Assembly (NCBI RefSeq): GCF_963921235.1
Contig: NC_086097.1
Span: 213,406,001-213,470,000, forward strand
Length of the DNA stretch: 64,000 nucleotides
Reading direction: 5' to 3'
From: Mobula hypostoma
Taxonomy: Eukaryota
Under the pieces are notes generated by a model that was not told the DNA's origin, made no database searches, and was given only the letters and a program-made list of their open reading frames with translations. Numbering within the stretch: position 1 is the first letter of the stretch; each line of letters begins with the position of its first letter. Shown piece by piece: positions 1-11,313 of the stretch. Position numbers and translations under genes: made by a program.

Positions 1-180
1 CCAGTGACAGCAGGTAGACCTACTCTGAAGAGTATTCATAATGGTTGGCGGGTCACCCGTCTTGTAAAGACACTGCCCAGAAGAAGGCGATGGCAAACCA
101 CCTCTGTAGAAAAATTTGCCAAGAACAGTCATGGTAATGAGACCATGATCGCCCACGTCATACAACATGACACATGATGA
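1..180 (+). mobile_element. 3' part of an RTE-related SINE-like repeat
   Basis: AGAAGGCGATGGCAAACCACCTCTGTAGAAAAATTTGCCAAGAA motif shared with 58996-59350; ends in TGATGA. Confidence 0.6.
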
Positions 181-819
181 TTGAGTCTAAAGTTAGAGGA
201 CATAGACTTAAGGGTCGATGGAGAAAATTTAAGGACAACTTGGAGCACGTTTATCCAGACAAAGGGTGGGTTTGTCGAATGAACTGCTAGAGGAATTAGG
301 TGAAGCTGGTATATTTGCATTTAAATCACATTTAGACAGGTACAGAGTTGGGGGGGGGTGGGTTAAAGGCCAAATGTGAGACTGGTTCAGTTTGGCATCT
401 TAGATGGCATGGATAAGGGTCTGTTTTTGTGCTGTTTGATTATGGGTATAACATTTGCATAAGCTAATGGGAATATAGCCTTAAACATATGTAGTTTTTA
501 GTTATACGAAGTTGTCTTGTATTTTCGGATTGTTTGCATTTTGATTATAATACATTGTTGCACTGAATTTTTACCTATTGACTTAATTGACCTGGTTTAA
601 GTGTGAACAGGAAGTTTGATTAGACTGGCAAGCATCAGATGTGAATCTTGCAATTTCTGCAGAATTTAAGCCAAATACATCAGTTGTAGCTTAACATTCC
701 CCTGTTCTTGACTAAAACTTTGTCTTTACTTCCTGAGATCTCGTACTGTCAGGGAATTTCCCCACAAACAACATATTAACAAGTTTTATGTTAGAAATAA
801 AAACCATGACTTCTCATAT

Positions 820-1660
820 CTATATCAAGTTTAAGTTTAATTATCATTCAACCATACACATGAATACAACCATATGAAACAACATTCCTCTGGGGCTAAG
901 GTGAAAATCAGTTGCACACAGCACATATAGCACGTAATTATGTTAGCAGAATAACATGGCTACAAAAATGTGTATATAAAAAATAATAAGCCCAAGTTCA
1001 TGAGTGTCATGGCTTGTAGATTGATGGTGCATGGATGTAGGTACATGGAGCTTAGAAAAATAGAGGGCTATGGGTAACCCTAGGTAATTTCAAAGGTAAG
1101 GACATATTCGGCACAGCTTTGTGTGCTGTAGGTTTTCTGTGATGTCCTGGAGCCAAGTTTCTGTAGGGTAAGCCAGTAGCAGTTGCTTATTTCACACAGG
1201 TGCAACTGCAGACGCAGACAAATGTAATCCAGCTTGTCTTCCACCGAACAAACACTGGAGAGCGGTTCTAGTGTCTCCTTCTCCAATGGCTACAAGAGGT
1301 GACCCTGAGGCAGGAGGATCTTGTCTGCTCAAAAACAGAGGTGATGCAGCTCCTCCGTTGTCGATCTCAGCAATAAACCAGTGAATCTGACTTGCAGTAC
1401 TCTACATCACAAGACTCTGTTGGACACTGGTAATTGCAACAAAAGCATCCAAGACAATCACTCCCACCATCCATTGATCAAGCACCACCTCCAATGCCTT
1501 CTTCCCTGGGTGTCTGAAGCAGGTTGCAACATTTTGCACAAGTCCAGCGCCACTGCTATCCAGCAACTGACTAGTGGGGTAGACCTGCAGTAGTTGGAGT
1601 TCTATATATCCAGCAGTGTAAAAAAGGATGTAAAGGCTAAACAATTACACTTTTGTTTGG
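820..1660 (-). mobile_element. Degenerate SINE/non-LTR fragment interrupted by a CR1 3' tail (about 1037-1145, +)
   Basis: Starts with a CAAGTTTAAGTTTAATT tail-like repeat. 1037-1145 closely matches the CR1 3' end at about 23795-23920. Confidence 0.45.
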
Positions 1661-1961
1661 ACCCAGAGAGGCTGCTGCATCCCAGTGTGCCACCATCGTA
1701 CTGAAAGTACATTTCTGCATGTAATGGTAACTTAAGAGCAGTGCATAAAGTGATTTTTGTTATAGCCTGGTTGGATAGATTTATCTGAATTTGACGATTG
1801 AAATATCTTTGTGTTAGAATTTAAGTTTGTAAAATAAATTTGCTGCCTATGAAACAGCTGGTGCCATGGAAATACGATTTCAGTTTGCAGTTCAATTATT
1901 CAGCAACAGCAATGTTGTCTATAGTTTGCGGCAAGTGATACTGATGTTTGTCCTTTGTGTA

Positions 1962-2484
1962 CACTCAGTAGCCACTTTATTAGGTATACCTGTACAGTTA
2001 ATGGAAATTTCTGATCACCCTTCATGTGGCAGCAACTCAGTGCATAAGAATGTGCCAAAATGGTCGAGGTTCAGTTGTTGTTCAGACCAGACATCAGAAT
2101 GGGGGGAAGAAATGTCACCTAAGTGATTGTGGAATGATTGTTGGTGCTAGATGGGGTAGTTTGAGTCTTTCAGAAACTGCTGATTTCCTAGAATTTCCAA
2201 ACACAGCACTCGTTAGAGTTTAGAGAATAGTGTGAAAAACAAAAAATATCCAGTGAGTAGTAGTTCTGTGGGTGAAAATGCCTTGTTAATGAGAAAGATC
2301 AGAGGAGAATGACCAGACTGGCTCAAGCTGACAGGAAGGCAACAGCAACTCAAATAGCCACGAGTTACCACAGTGGTCTGCATAAGAGCATCTCTGAATG
2401 CACATTATGTTGAACCTTGAAGTGGATGGGCTTCTACAGCAGCAGAAGAGCACACCGGGTACCTAATAAAGTAGCCACTGGGTG
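1962..2484 (+). mobile_element. Internally deleted Tc1/mariner transposon (523 bp)
   Basis: TIRs CACTCAGTAGCCACTTTATTAGGTA / TACCTAATAAAGTAGCCACTGGGTG; TA on both sides (1960-1961, 2485-2486); remnant transposase N-terminus GMIVGARWGSLSLSETADFLEF. Confidence 0.88.
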
Positions 2485-5044
2485 TATACTATTTCAATGC
2501 CCAATATGTAGACTCCATATGTTTTTACTGGGAAGGGTCAAGGGCTGCTAATTATATTTATGACATTCCATGAACCGGTCAGTGAGTTTTAATATTGTGT
2601 GAATGAGTCAAGATTAAAAACATTTTAGAACTGATATTTTTTGTTATATGTTGGGCAGATTTTTTTTTGTATTCAAGAAAGGTCCAGTAAAGAAAGTTGA
2701 ATTGGTTTCTCCCTGGAAAAGTAAGGCCCAGGGGCATTTGATTACTGTGAAGGGGTGGGGATGTGGGGATGATGAAGTGGATGCAGTTGTACAAATTCTA
2801 GAAATGCACAACTGCCCTTAGTATACCAGCCCAGTTTGTGGTCAAAGTGGCATCCCTATGTTAGGTCTGTTTTTTTTTGTATCAATTACAATATAACTAG
2901 CCAGAAAAAGGCCACTCTTAACAATAGCCAGCGGCCTATGAAAGCCAGTTTACAGTGGTGACCTTCATCCACTTATGTCCTCTGGCACTCATCCTGTCTT
3001 TGTACTGCCATCTATTCATGGAAGGTAAGTAGCTCTCTATCGTGTAAGCTGTACTCGGCAATAAAAAAGCAGATAAATTATTTTCCACCGCAGTAGGCAC
3101 TTGGAGCGAATAATTTGAAATGTGGTGAGTTTAAGGGAAACTTATTTGAGTTTGAGCCCTGTGAAAGTGTGGGACTGCCCTTTAAAACAGATGATTAAAA
3201 CCTCTTGAAAACTATTTGGTACACAATGAAATAATTGGTTTGTTGCACAAACTAAGAAGAACATTGTTGACAGTGAATTGTGGTTTTTTTTCCCCTGTGC
3301 CTCAGCATGTAGACATTGGGCTCCACCCCTTAGTGCCCTAGTAATTTAGTCTCTGCTTTATAAACAAATATAATTGCCTGGAGATCTGTTGGTGCAGGGC
3401 TGTCACTAGAATATGGTAGTGAAATTACCTCCACCCTTCCCTCTATCCACTTTATGCATTGCACTGGCATATTAAAATACTTTGTATGAATAATGAGCTG
3501 AAGTGAGCCTCTGCTTTTTGGTCATTTTTCACCCTTGAATCTTCCAGCCCTGTTTTCTAGATTTGTACTTATTTTTCTATGTGCTGCCATTCTCCTCCAG
3601 TAGAAGTGATTAAGCATAATTGCACTTGAATATAAAGAAATAGGTCAGTCCGGGCAGATGGTTCTGAAGCTGTTTTGTTTCATGCTGTGCAATTGTACTT
3701 GTGAATGTCATAGCAGACCAGAATGCTCTGAAATGATGTTGAGCAATGTACAGTGTCAAATTGAGAGATGGTGCTCTTGTTCAAACTCGTGGTAAAGTAT
3801 TTAGAAAACCAGGGTGTTTGTCAGCCCTATCCTTGTTGATAAGAAAAGGGGAAAAGGTGATTAGTGGAATAAGTAGAAGAAGCGTTTGACTGTTCAAGAA
3901 ATTGTTTGATTCATTGAAGTGGTTCTACAAGTACCAGCTTGGCTCTGAGATTGCAAATGTTTTATAAAACAAAGCTAAAAGGACTAATTGGATCATGTTT
4001 TTGAATTCTCTGTGGTCTAACGGGTTAGCTATAGTTGTGACTTAGTAGATGTTAGCAATCACTAATAAATGGTCATCTTGTTCAGATTTATCTAAATGGT
4101 ATAGTAGTAGTTAAAGAGTAATAGGCCAGAGACTCCAGATGGAGCACGCTTGCACTTAGTCACAAATGGAGCTTGTTACATCACTGATAATCTGTTTGCC
4201 TGGAGGTGAGTGATGAACCCTGTGGCTGTGCTTCCTTTGTTCAGATCATTTCAAAAATATGGCCTGGAATCTGAAATCCATTATGTTGACTAATTATAAA
4301 ATCATCTGTATGGGGAGCATGCTTATTCTCTTTATTTATCTAAATAACCTGTCAAATATTCACAAGTGAAATACCTTCAATCTAATTGTGGTGCTAACTA
4401 TTGTATACATTTAATTAGAACAAAGTGCATGGTTGCAAAGGATGAATTTAGATAAATATTTCAGTCAATTAGCATTCTAAACTTTGTGTGGGTCATGCAT
4501 ATATGTTGTAGACTTGATATTTGTGGCATGTGTTCCACAAATTTTCATTAAAAATGTAACCATGTAGAGTGGTTAAATTTTATCACCAATAATTCTGCTT
4601 GCATTTCTAAACATAGGACTGATGAGGTTAAAGTCACAGTGGAAGAGGTTGGAACATTTTCTAGGCATTACTGTAGCAGATGGAGTACTCTGCTGTTTTC
4701 ATACAGCTGCTTGCCTGGTGTGGTGGCAGCTGCTTTGGCTGCAATTTTTGTTCTTTTGTTTTGCAACCAAGAATGTAGAGCTGAGGAGTGTAATGAAGAA
4801 CTAATTAATGGGCCAGGTTACTGTTTTCATTAGTTTTGAAATTATATACGATGCTTCTAGTAGAAATTACATGTAAAAGAAAGCTACTCAGTACACTCAG
4901 TTTTCTTTCTAAAAAGTTTTAAGTTTTGGGTCTACTTTGTGTCAGGAAGGGGTCATTTTAACACTGCCTTAATGATTGTCTGTTTGTGTCACGTTATTCA
5001 TTCCATTTGTCCCCAATTTTATTTTATTTTCATTTTCTCCCTAG

Positions 5045-5229
5045 GACCTCTATCCAGACTTTGCCTGATACTGAATTGTCCAAAAGAATTAAGGAAATAT
5101 GGAGTGACATGCAGGAGATTAGTCATAGGATTTAAGGCTTTCAGGACGTACACCTCGAAGGGAAGCAAGTGAGGTGAAACAGAATAGTTCACTTTTTGTG
5201 CCACTAGGAGAGCTACAAACACAAGGAAG
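5045..5229 (+). other. CHD7: 5' UTR portion of the first coding exon of CHD7
   Basis: Polypyrimidine tract then CTAG|G acceptor (AG 5043-5044), 185 nt upstream of the ATG. Fits the recalled human CHD7 layout, where the ATG lies in a large second exon. Confidence 0.8.
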
Positions 5230-6879
5230 ATGGCAGATCCTGGTATGCTGAGTTTGTTTGGTGATGATGGGAACATTTTCAGTGAAGGGCTTGAAGGTCT
5301 TGGAGAATGTGGTTTCTCAGAGAATCCAGTGAATGCTCTTGGGCAACAACTACCAATGGATCAAGGATTTGGCTCCATGCAGTCTCCCCTCCATCATCCC
5401 CCACCTACTCAGACTCAAACTAAGCTGACTCATTATGATCATTTTGGTCCGTTTGAACAGCAGAAAATTCATCTAGTAGATCAGCCTAACCGAATGATTG
5501 GTAATACTCCTGGGAATGGCATGGCATCGCCTCATTCACAATACCACAATCCCTCAGTTCCACCAGTCCCTCACAGTGGAGCTCAGATGGGAGTATACCC
5601 AACTATGCAGAATGAAAGGTGTGGACAGCAGTTTGTGGACAGCAGTTCCATGTGGGGACCACGAGCTGTCCCAGTGCCAGACCAGACCCGACCTGCCTTC
5701 CAGCAACAGCAGCAACAACAGCCACCACCTCAGGGGCAAGCACATGCTCAACATATGCAACAGATGGGGAATTACCTGACGCGTAGTGATTATTCTTTGC
5801 AACAGCACAACCAGCCTCAGCAGCAGAGGGTGAACCAATTCACTCAGGCACAAGAGGCACTTAGTCAGGGAAATCCTTTCATGGGAACTTCAGGGCCAGG
5901 TCACTTATCCCGCATGCCACAGCAAACTCCCAACATAGGCCCTTCCTTGCGTCATACTCCGTCACAGCAATACCACCCCCACCCCCCTCCACCTAATACT
6001 CTCCATGGGGATTCCATTGCTCACAGTCCAAGATTTTCCCCTAGTCCTTCTCAGCAAGCCAGTAGCAGGCAGCAGAACTTAAATTTTACTTCACGTAGCC
6101 AGGCAGTACCTTCACAGTCTGTAAGTAGCTCAGGGCAGTATTCACAATATCCTTATAGTAACATTAATCAGGGATTAGTTAACAGTAATACAGGGATCAA
6201 TCAAAACCTAGGCCTTAATAATAACCCATCTGTGAATCAGGCAATACCCCGCTATCCAAATACTGTTGGATTCCCAGCTGGAACCAGCCAAGGATTAATG
6301 CACCAGCAGCCTATACATCCAAGTGGTCCACTTAACCAAATTAACGCACAAACTATGCACCCAACACAGTCTCAGGGAACATATGCTTCTCCATCTCCAA
6401 TGTCACCTATGAAAGCTATGAATAACCCAGCTGGTACCCCTCCACCACAGGTTAGGCCAGGCAGTGCTGGAATGCAGCTTGAAGTTGGAAGCTATCCAAA
6501 CATGTCCCTTCCGCAACAACCACATCAGTCCCCAGGTACCATGGGACTTGGACAGAGGAGCATGGGTCCCAGAAGCATTCAGACACCACAGTACATGAGC
6601 CCTTCTGTGCCACGGGATATTGGGAGCCTTCCAAGACCAGTCGGTGCTTTGGGTCCCAGTGGGAATCATACAGATCAGGTGATGCAGGAACGCATCATGT
6701 CTGGCCAACAGCACCCAAATCAGCCTTTTCAGCCTCAGTTGCCAACTTGTCCACCAGTGAAACAACATCCAACGGTGCACCATCAAACTTCTCCTTCACC
6801 TCATCAGCATCAGCCATGGGTACAGTCACAGCATTCATCACCCAAGGCTACTTCGCAGCAGGTGTCTGCCCAGCATCAG
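5230..6879 (+). CDS. CHD7: Chromodomain helicase DNA-binding protein 7, first coding exon (550 codons, Q/P-rich N-terminus)
   Basis: [28 protein letters not shown]...[10 protein letters not shown]...[32 protein letters not shown] closely matches the recalled CHD7 N-terminus. Ends at a consensus donor CAG|GTGAGT (GT 6880-6881), phase 0. The ORF track reads on into the intron to 6912. Confidence 0.96.
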
Positions 6880-8311
6880 GTGAGTGATCTGTCTGAATTA
6901 TGTCAGTTGTGAGTAACCAAAATGTGCTTCTTTGATGCATGTTATTGGCTGTTAAAGTATAAAAGCTTATCAATATATCTGTTAATGTTTTGGCATGGGG
7001 TTGCAAGTGAATTAATGTAATTATCAACTGTTTGAAATTTTCATTTGCATACTGCTGACATTAATGTTTTACAATCAATTGAAGAAAATCTACATGTTAA
7101 TGTGTTGTTGAAATGGGGAAGCTTAGTTCAGTGTGGAAATCCCCAGGTTAATTAAGTGATCCAGTAACTAGGATAGTGAGGACTCTGCAACAGTATTCAA
7201 CAATGTTCTTGATCTGTGGTTATATCTCTGCTGTTGGTATTGTTCATATCCCTCTTTACAATGTAATGTTAAGCTATTCTTTTGAAGCTTACAATTGATG
7301 CTTTACCTATTTACTGTTGAAATCTCCTCCTCACTACTCTTCATATATAGCTTTCCTGGAAGGCATCTTGCTCATCCATTTCTGCGGGTTCTTCTATCTC
7401 ACTCGGAAACTTGTTACTTATACCCTCAATTTGTTTCTCATATTAGCTTTTGGCTCAACTTAAATTTCATCAGTCTTGTGCATTGTGCTTATTTCCTTCG
7501 AGCTATTTTCCTGAGGAAAAATGATCAATTTATTACTCAATCTCCAACCTTCTCTTTCCTTTGAAATTCTTCTATGCATTGTAACTTTGAGTGGTGTTCC
7601 ATGATATTCTGCTAGCCTATTCAATCTGTTTGCAATTGCATTGCGTACATTACCAAGGATCAATTGGTCAGTTATTATTGGAAGTCCTTTTCCTTTGCAT
7701 ATTTGTTTCTCAGTTTTTTTTCTTACCACTTCAACATCAACTGTTCCAGTATTTTGCAGCTCCTTATTCATCTCGTGTGATCTAACAGAAGAATTGTTAC
7801 TGAAGGTGCCTATATATATGTTGAATTTGTATGCTTTGTTATCGAACTTCTATTAGTATAAAACTTCTTTCATGTTAGGTGATCTGTTTGCTGGGCTCTT
7901 TCAGCTCAATGCCTTGGAGCTGTTGCATCAATGGTTTTGTTTTAATGGCTATAGATCTAGTTGGCTCTTTTGGCTGAATAAAGTGATAGAAGGATCTGTG
8001 TAGTTTTCTTTGGCCTCTGCTCCAGCACTGCTGAGTCAAAGCTCAACACAGGTTATAGGAGCAACACTTAGTATTTTGCTTGGGCATCTTCAGCCTGTGC
8101 TGCTCCAGATTCCAGCATGTGCATTCTTTGCATCTACAACTTAAATAGATTTGGATTTTCTCTGGTGCATTCACTGCATTGTCAAGTTGCTCTCTTCCAA
8201 TCCTATTTTGGCATAGCCATGGCTTTTAGAGCTACCAACTTAATTTTTTCTCACCTAAATCTTTCAAGTACATATCCCTTAACCTCTGATTTTATAAAAT
8301 TGTCTGTAAGT

Positions 8312-8391
8312 TGGGGTTCCCAACCTTTTTTATACTATGGACCCTGACCATTAAACTGAGGGGTCCATGGGCCCCATGTTTGGAAACCCTG
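8312..8391. mobile_element. About 80-bp hAT-type MITE
   Basis: Ends GGGGTTCCCAACC / GTTTGGAAACCCTG; homologous to 30369-30448. Confidence 0.6.
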
Positions 8392-8411
8392 CTCGAAGGT
8401 CAACTCATGGG

Positions 8412-8530
8412 AAAATCTTCAGATGCTAAAAAAATAGCAACACACACAAAATGCTGGAGGAACTCAGCAGGTCAGGCTGTGTCTATGGAAAAGAAACATT
8501 CAATGTTTCAGGCTGAGACCCTTCATTAAC
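8412..8530 (-). mobile_element. Penelope terminal-repeat fragment
   Basis: ACACACACAAAATGCTGGAGGAACTCAGCAGG motif, nearly the same as the terminus of the element at 18545. Confidence 0.75.
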
Positions 8531-8616
8531 TTCCTGCGTTAATCTTATAATCTTGTTGAAAGTACATTATTTTCCCTTTGAGCATAAAATAGTTCATAAT
8601 AGTGACTTGAACATTA

Positions 8617-9579
8617 CTGAATTTTGTTTAGACATGAAATTATTGTGAGAAGTTTTTATTTCCCAGTATCTTGGGATGAGGAAGTAGAATGGGTAGTTCC
8701 TCTTCATTTGGAAAAGAAAATGTTAATTTTCAGTACCTGTCATACTTCTGTGTTCTCAATTTTGGAACATATTGTTGCCTAAAGCTTCTTTAAGGGTGTG
8801 GGGGGGGGGTTGTTGCTGGTTGCCAAAAAAAATTGATTATGCTTTGAAAACTTGCGTCATTGAAGACTGAGTCACTGACCATCTTAAAGCTAAAATAAAA
8901 TTAAAACATTATCAATGCCTGCAAAACTCCATTGCACAAATGAAACCTGCTGCACTGAATATTTTCCTAAGGGCCAATATTAGCTCAAGTGTTCAGAGAA
9001 CATTTTGAGCTGTTTCAAGAACTGAACAAACCTTAGAAAGCAAAATAGCTCATCATAATCAATTCTTCAAAACTTCAATTCATTTATGGTAGACGGTACC
9101 ATTTTAGAATCTGTTTTTACCAAAGAATGAATTACTTATGAGCGGATATGAAGAGGGTGCTTCAAAAAGTGGGAGAGTATAGAGCCAGATGGCATAGCCT
9201 CAGAATAGAAGAGTGTCCCTTTAGAACAGAGATGAAGAATTTCTTTAGCCAGATGGTGGTGAATTTGTGAAATTCATTGCTACAGACAGCTGTGGATGCC
9301 AAGTCACTGGGTATATTTAAAGCAGAAGTTGATAGGTGACTAGTAAAGGCATTAAAGGTTATGGGGAGAAGGCAGGAGGATGGGGTTGAGAGGGAAAATA
9401 AATCAGCCATGATGGAATGGGCCAAATGGCTTAATTCTGCTCCGAAGTATGCTAAGTCCCGAAAACTATTATTTTCTTTTCCAAATGAAGAGGAACTACC
9501 CATTCTAGTTCCTTATCCCAAAATGGTGGGAAAATAAAACAAACTTCTCACAATAATTTCATGTCTTAACAAAATTCAG
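8617..9579. repeat. Inverted repeat, arms about 8617-8750 and 9442-9579
   Basis: TAGAATGGGTAGTTCCTCTTCATTTGGAAAAGAAAAT reappears as its exact reverse complement, with further similarity on both sides. Confidence 0.85.
9160..9445 (+). mobile_element. CR1 LINE 3' fragment
   Basis: GHSLRI/FRTEM(R)NFFSQ-type C-terminal RT remnant and the CR1 end GGCTTAATTCTGCTCC. Confidence 0.75.
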
Positions 9580-11194
9580 GTTTAATGTATTTGTTATCTC
9601 ATTTTTACAAGGCTTGCTTTTTACCCTCCTGCTTTAAGGCTTAGATACTTTTAGATGTCATTGAAAATATTTGAAGGGAGAGTAGGCACAATTTGATACC
9701 ATATTGTTTGTTCCTGTTCCCAATGCCATAGCTGTAAGGTTTTGTAGTATAGCTGTAACTGCATTTGATTTTCAGCCAGATGTCGTTTTCCATTGCTGTA
9801 TAAAAAATACTTAAGAGTTTGACTGTTATACTTTTATACCATGTTGCATATTTATTGTGCTTCAAAAATAATTTAACATCACTCCTAAATCGTTGGACTT
9901 TTATGTCAGGCGAATAAGTATATGGAATTTGAATGATTCCTTTGTTTTTCTTTTGCTTACGGGAAAAGTGGCATTTTTGTTAAGAAAAGTTTTGCAATGG
10001 TACCAAAAAGTGTTCAAAATACTTATCAGGTCAAGCAGCATCTGTGCAAATGTTCTCAGCTGGTGATGTTGTACCTGATCCAGGAGCATTGTAACAAACT
10101 GACTTCTAAAGAGCATGAGTTGGAGAGAACTCTAGGCACGACAGTAGTACGGTGGAGATTGGGTCTGAGTGACATTAATGGTACTTGCACCACTTTAGAG
10201 ATGTTACTGAAGATGTGAAGTATATGTTAATTAGAGCTGATCTATGACAGGTGTGTAAATGACGATGAATATGAATGCAAAAATACTGGAACTGAAATTC
10301 AGAACACAGTTGCTGCAAATCTGGAATTAAAAATGAAAGTATTGGAAATACTCAGCAGCTTAGGCAGCATCTGTGGATGGAAAGAAATCAAGTTAGCATT
10401 GTAAGCTGATGGCCTGCACAGTACCTTTCCAAGTTTGACAGAACTTGAGAGTTTCAAAGGAATCTGTAATGTTAATTTTTTTTCTCTCTGGACTTCTGAG
10501 CATTTCAAGTATTTTGTCCTTTTGTTTCAGATTTCTAGCATTTTTGTTGATTTTCAAAATATTAACAGCCCTGTTAGTCAATTTGAACCTAGTGGAATTT
10601 TATCTGTGAAGCAAAACTGCACATTTGCCAGATCTTGATCTTTTGTTCCTTGTTTCAACATACGATACTTACCAAAGACTGGGGCAACAAAAAAAGCTAA
10701 TTTTCTGAAATTCCAGGTATTTGATTTTTATGGTGTCTTGGATTGTTGTACCTTGTGTTTGACAAGAGAAGTGACTAAGCATTGAATTTGACGACTTTGA
10801 AATATTCACATCAAAAATTTGTTTTTTTAATCTGTGTTGAAGATTAATCTGTGCAGGATGGTAATAATCTCTATAAAACCATATGAAATTTCAAATTATT
10901 TTAAGAGGTCACATTTTGTATCATGCAGCATCCAGTTTAGTAATGTCAAGATACATTGACTGTGGAGTCATTTGCTATATAATTAAATATGGGAATTGTA
11001 TTTTTTTAACAACAGTATCAGTTTATTGAAAGGAATGACCTCTTAATGTATTTTGAATAATAGAAAAATTTAATTCAATAATGTCATGGGATATTTAGTG
11101 GCACCTAATCATTTAAGTGGAAAGTTGTTTAAAAGATGGCATCTTGAATATAGTATCTCTTACAAGGAAGTTGGGAAAGTAAACAGTGAGGAGG

Positions 11195-11313
11195 ATTCTG
11201 ATGAAAGATCTCTGCCCGAAATGTTGACTGTTTACTCTTTTCCTGGCCTGCTGAGTTCCTCCAGTATTCTGGGTGTTGCTTGGATTTCCAGCATCTGCAG
11301 ATTTTCTCTTGTT
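11195..11313 (+). mobile_element. Penelope terminal-repeat fragment with hammerhead-like core
   Basis: CTGATGA...CGAAATGTTGACTG followed by CCTGCTGAGTTCCTCCAG. Confidence 0.7.

Noticed and set aside
5498..6786. Overlapping alternative-frame and antisense ORFs in the large exon
   Set aside because: By-products of Q/P-rich codon usage; no recognisable domains.
6880..6912. C-terminal [10 protein letters not shown] of the 560-aa ORF
   Set aside because: Read-through past a consensus GTGAGT donor; intronic.
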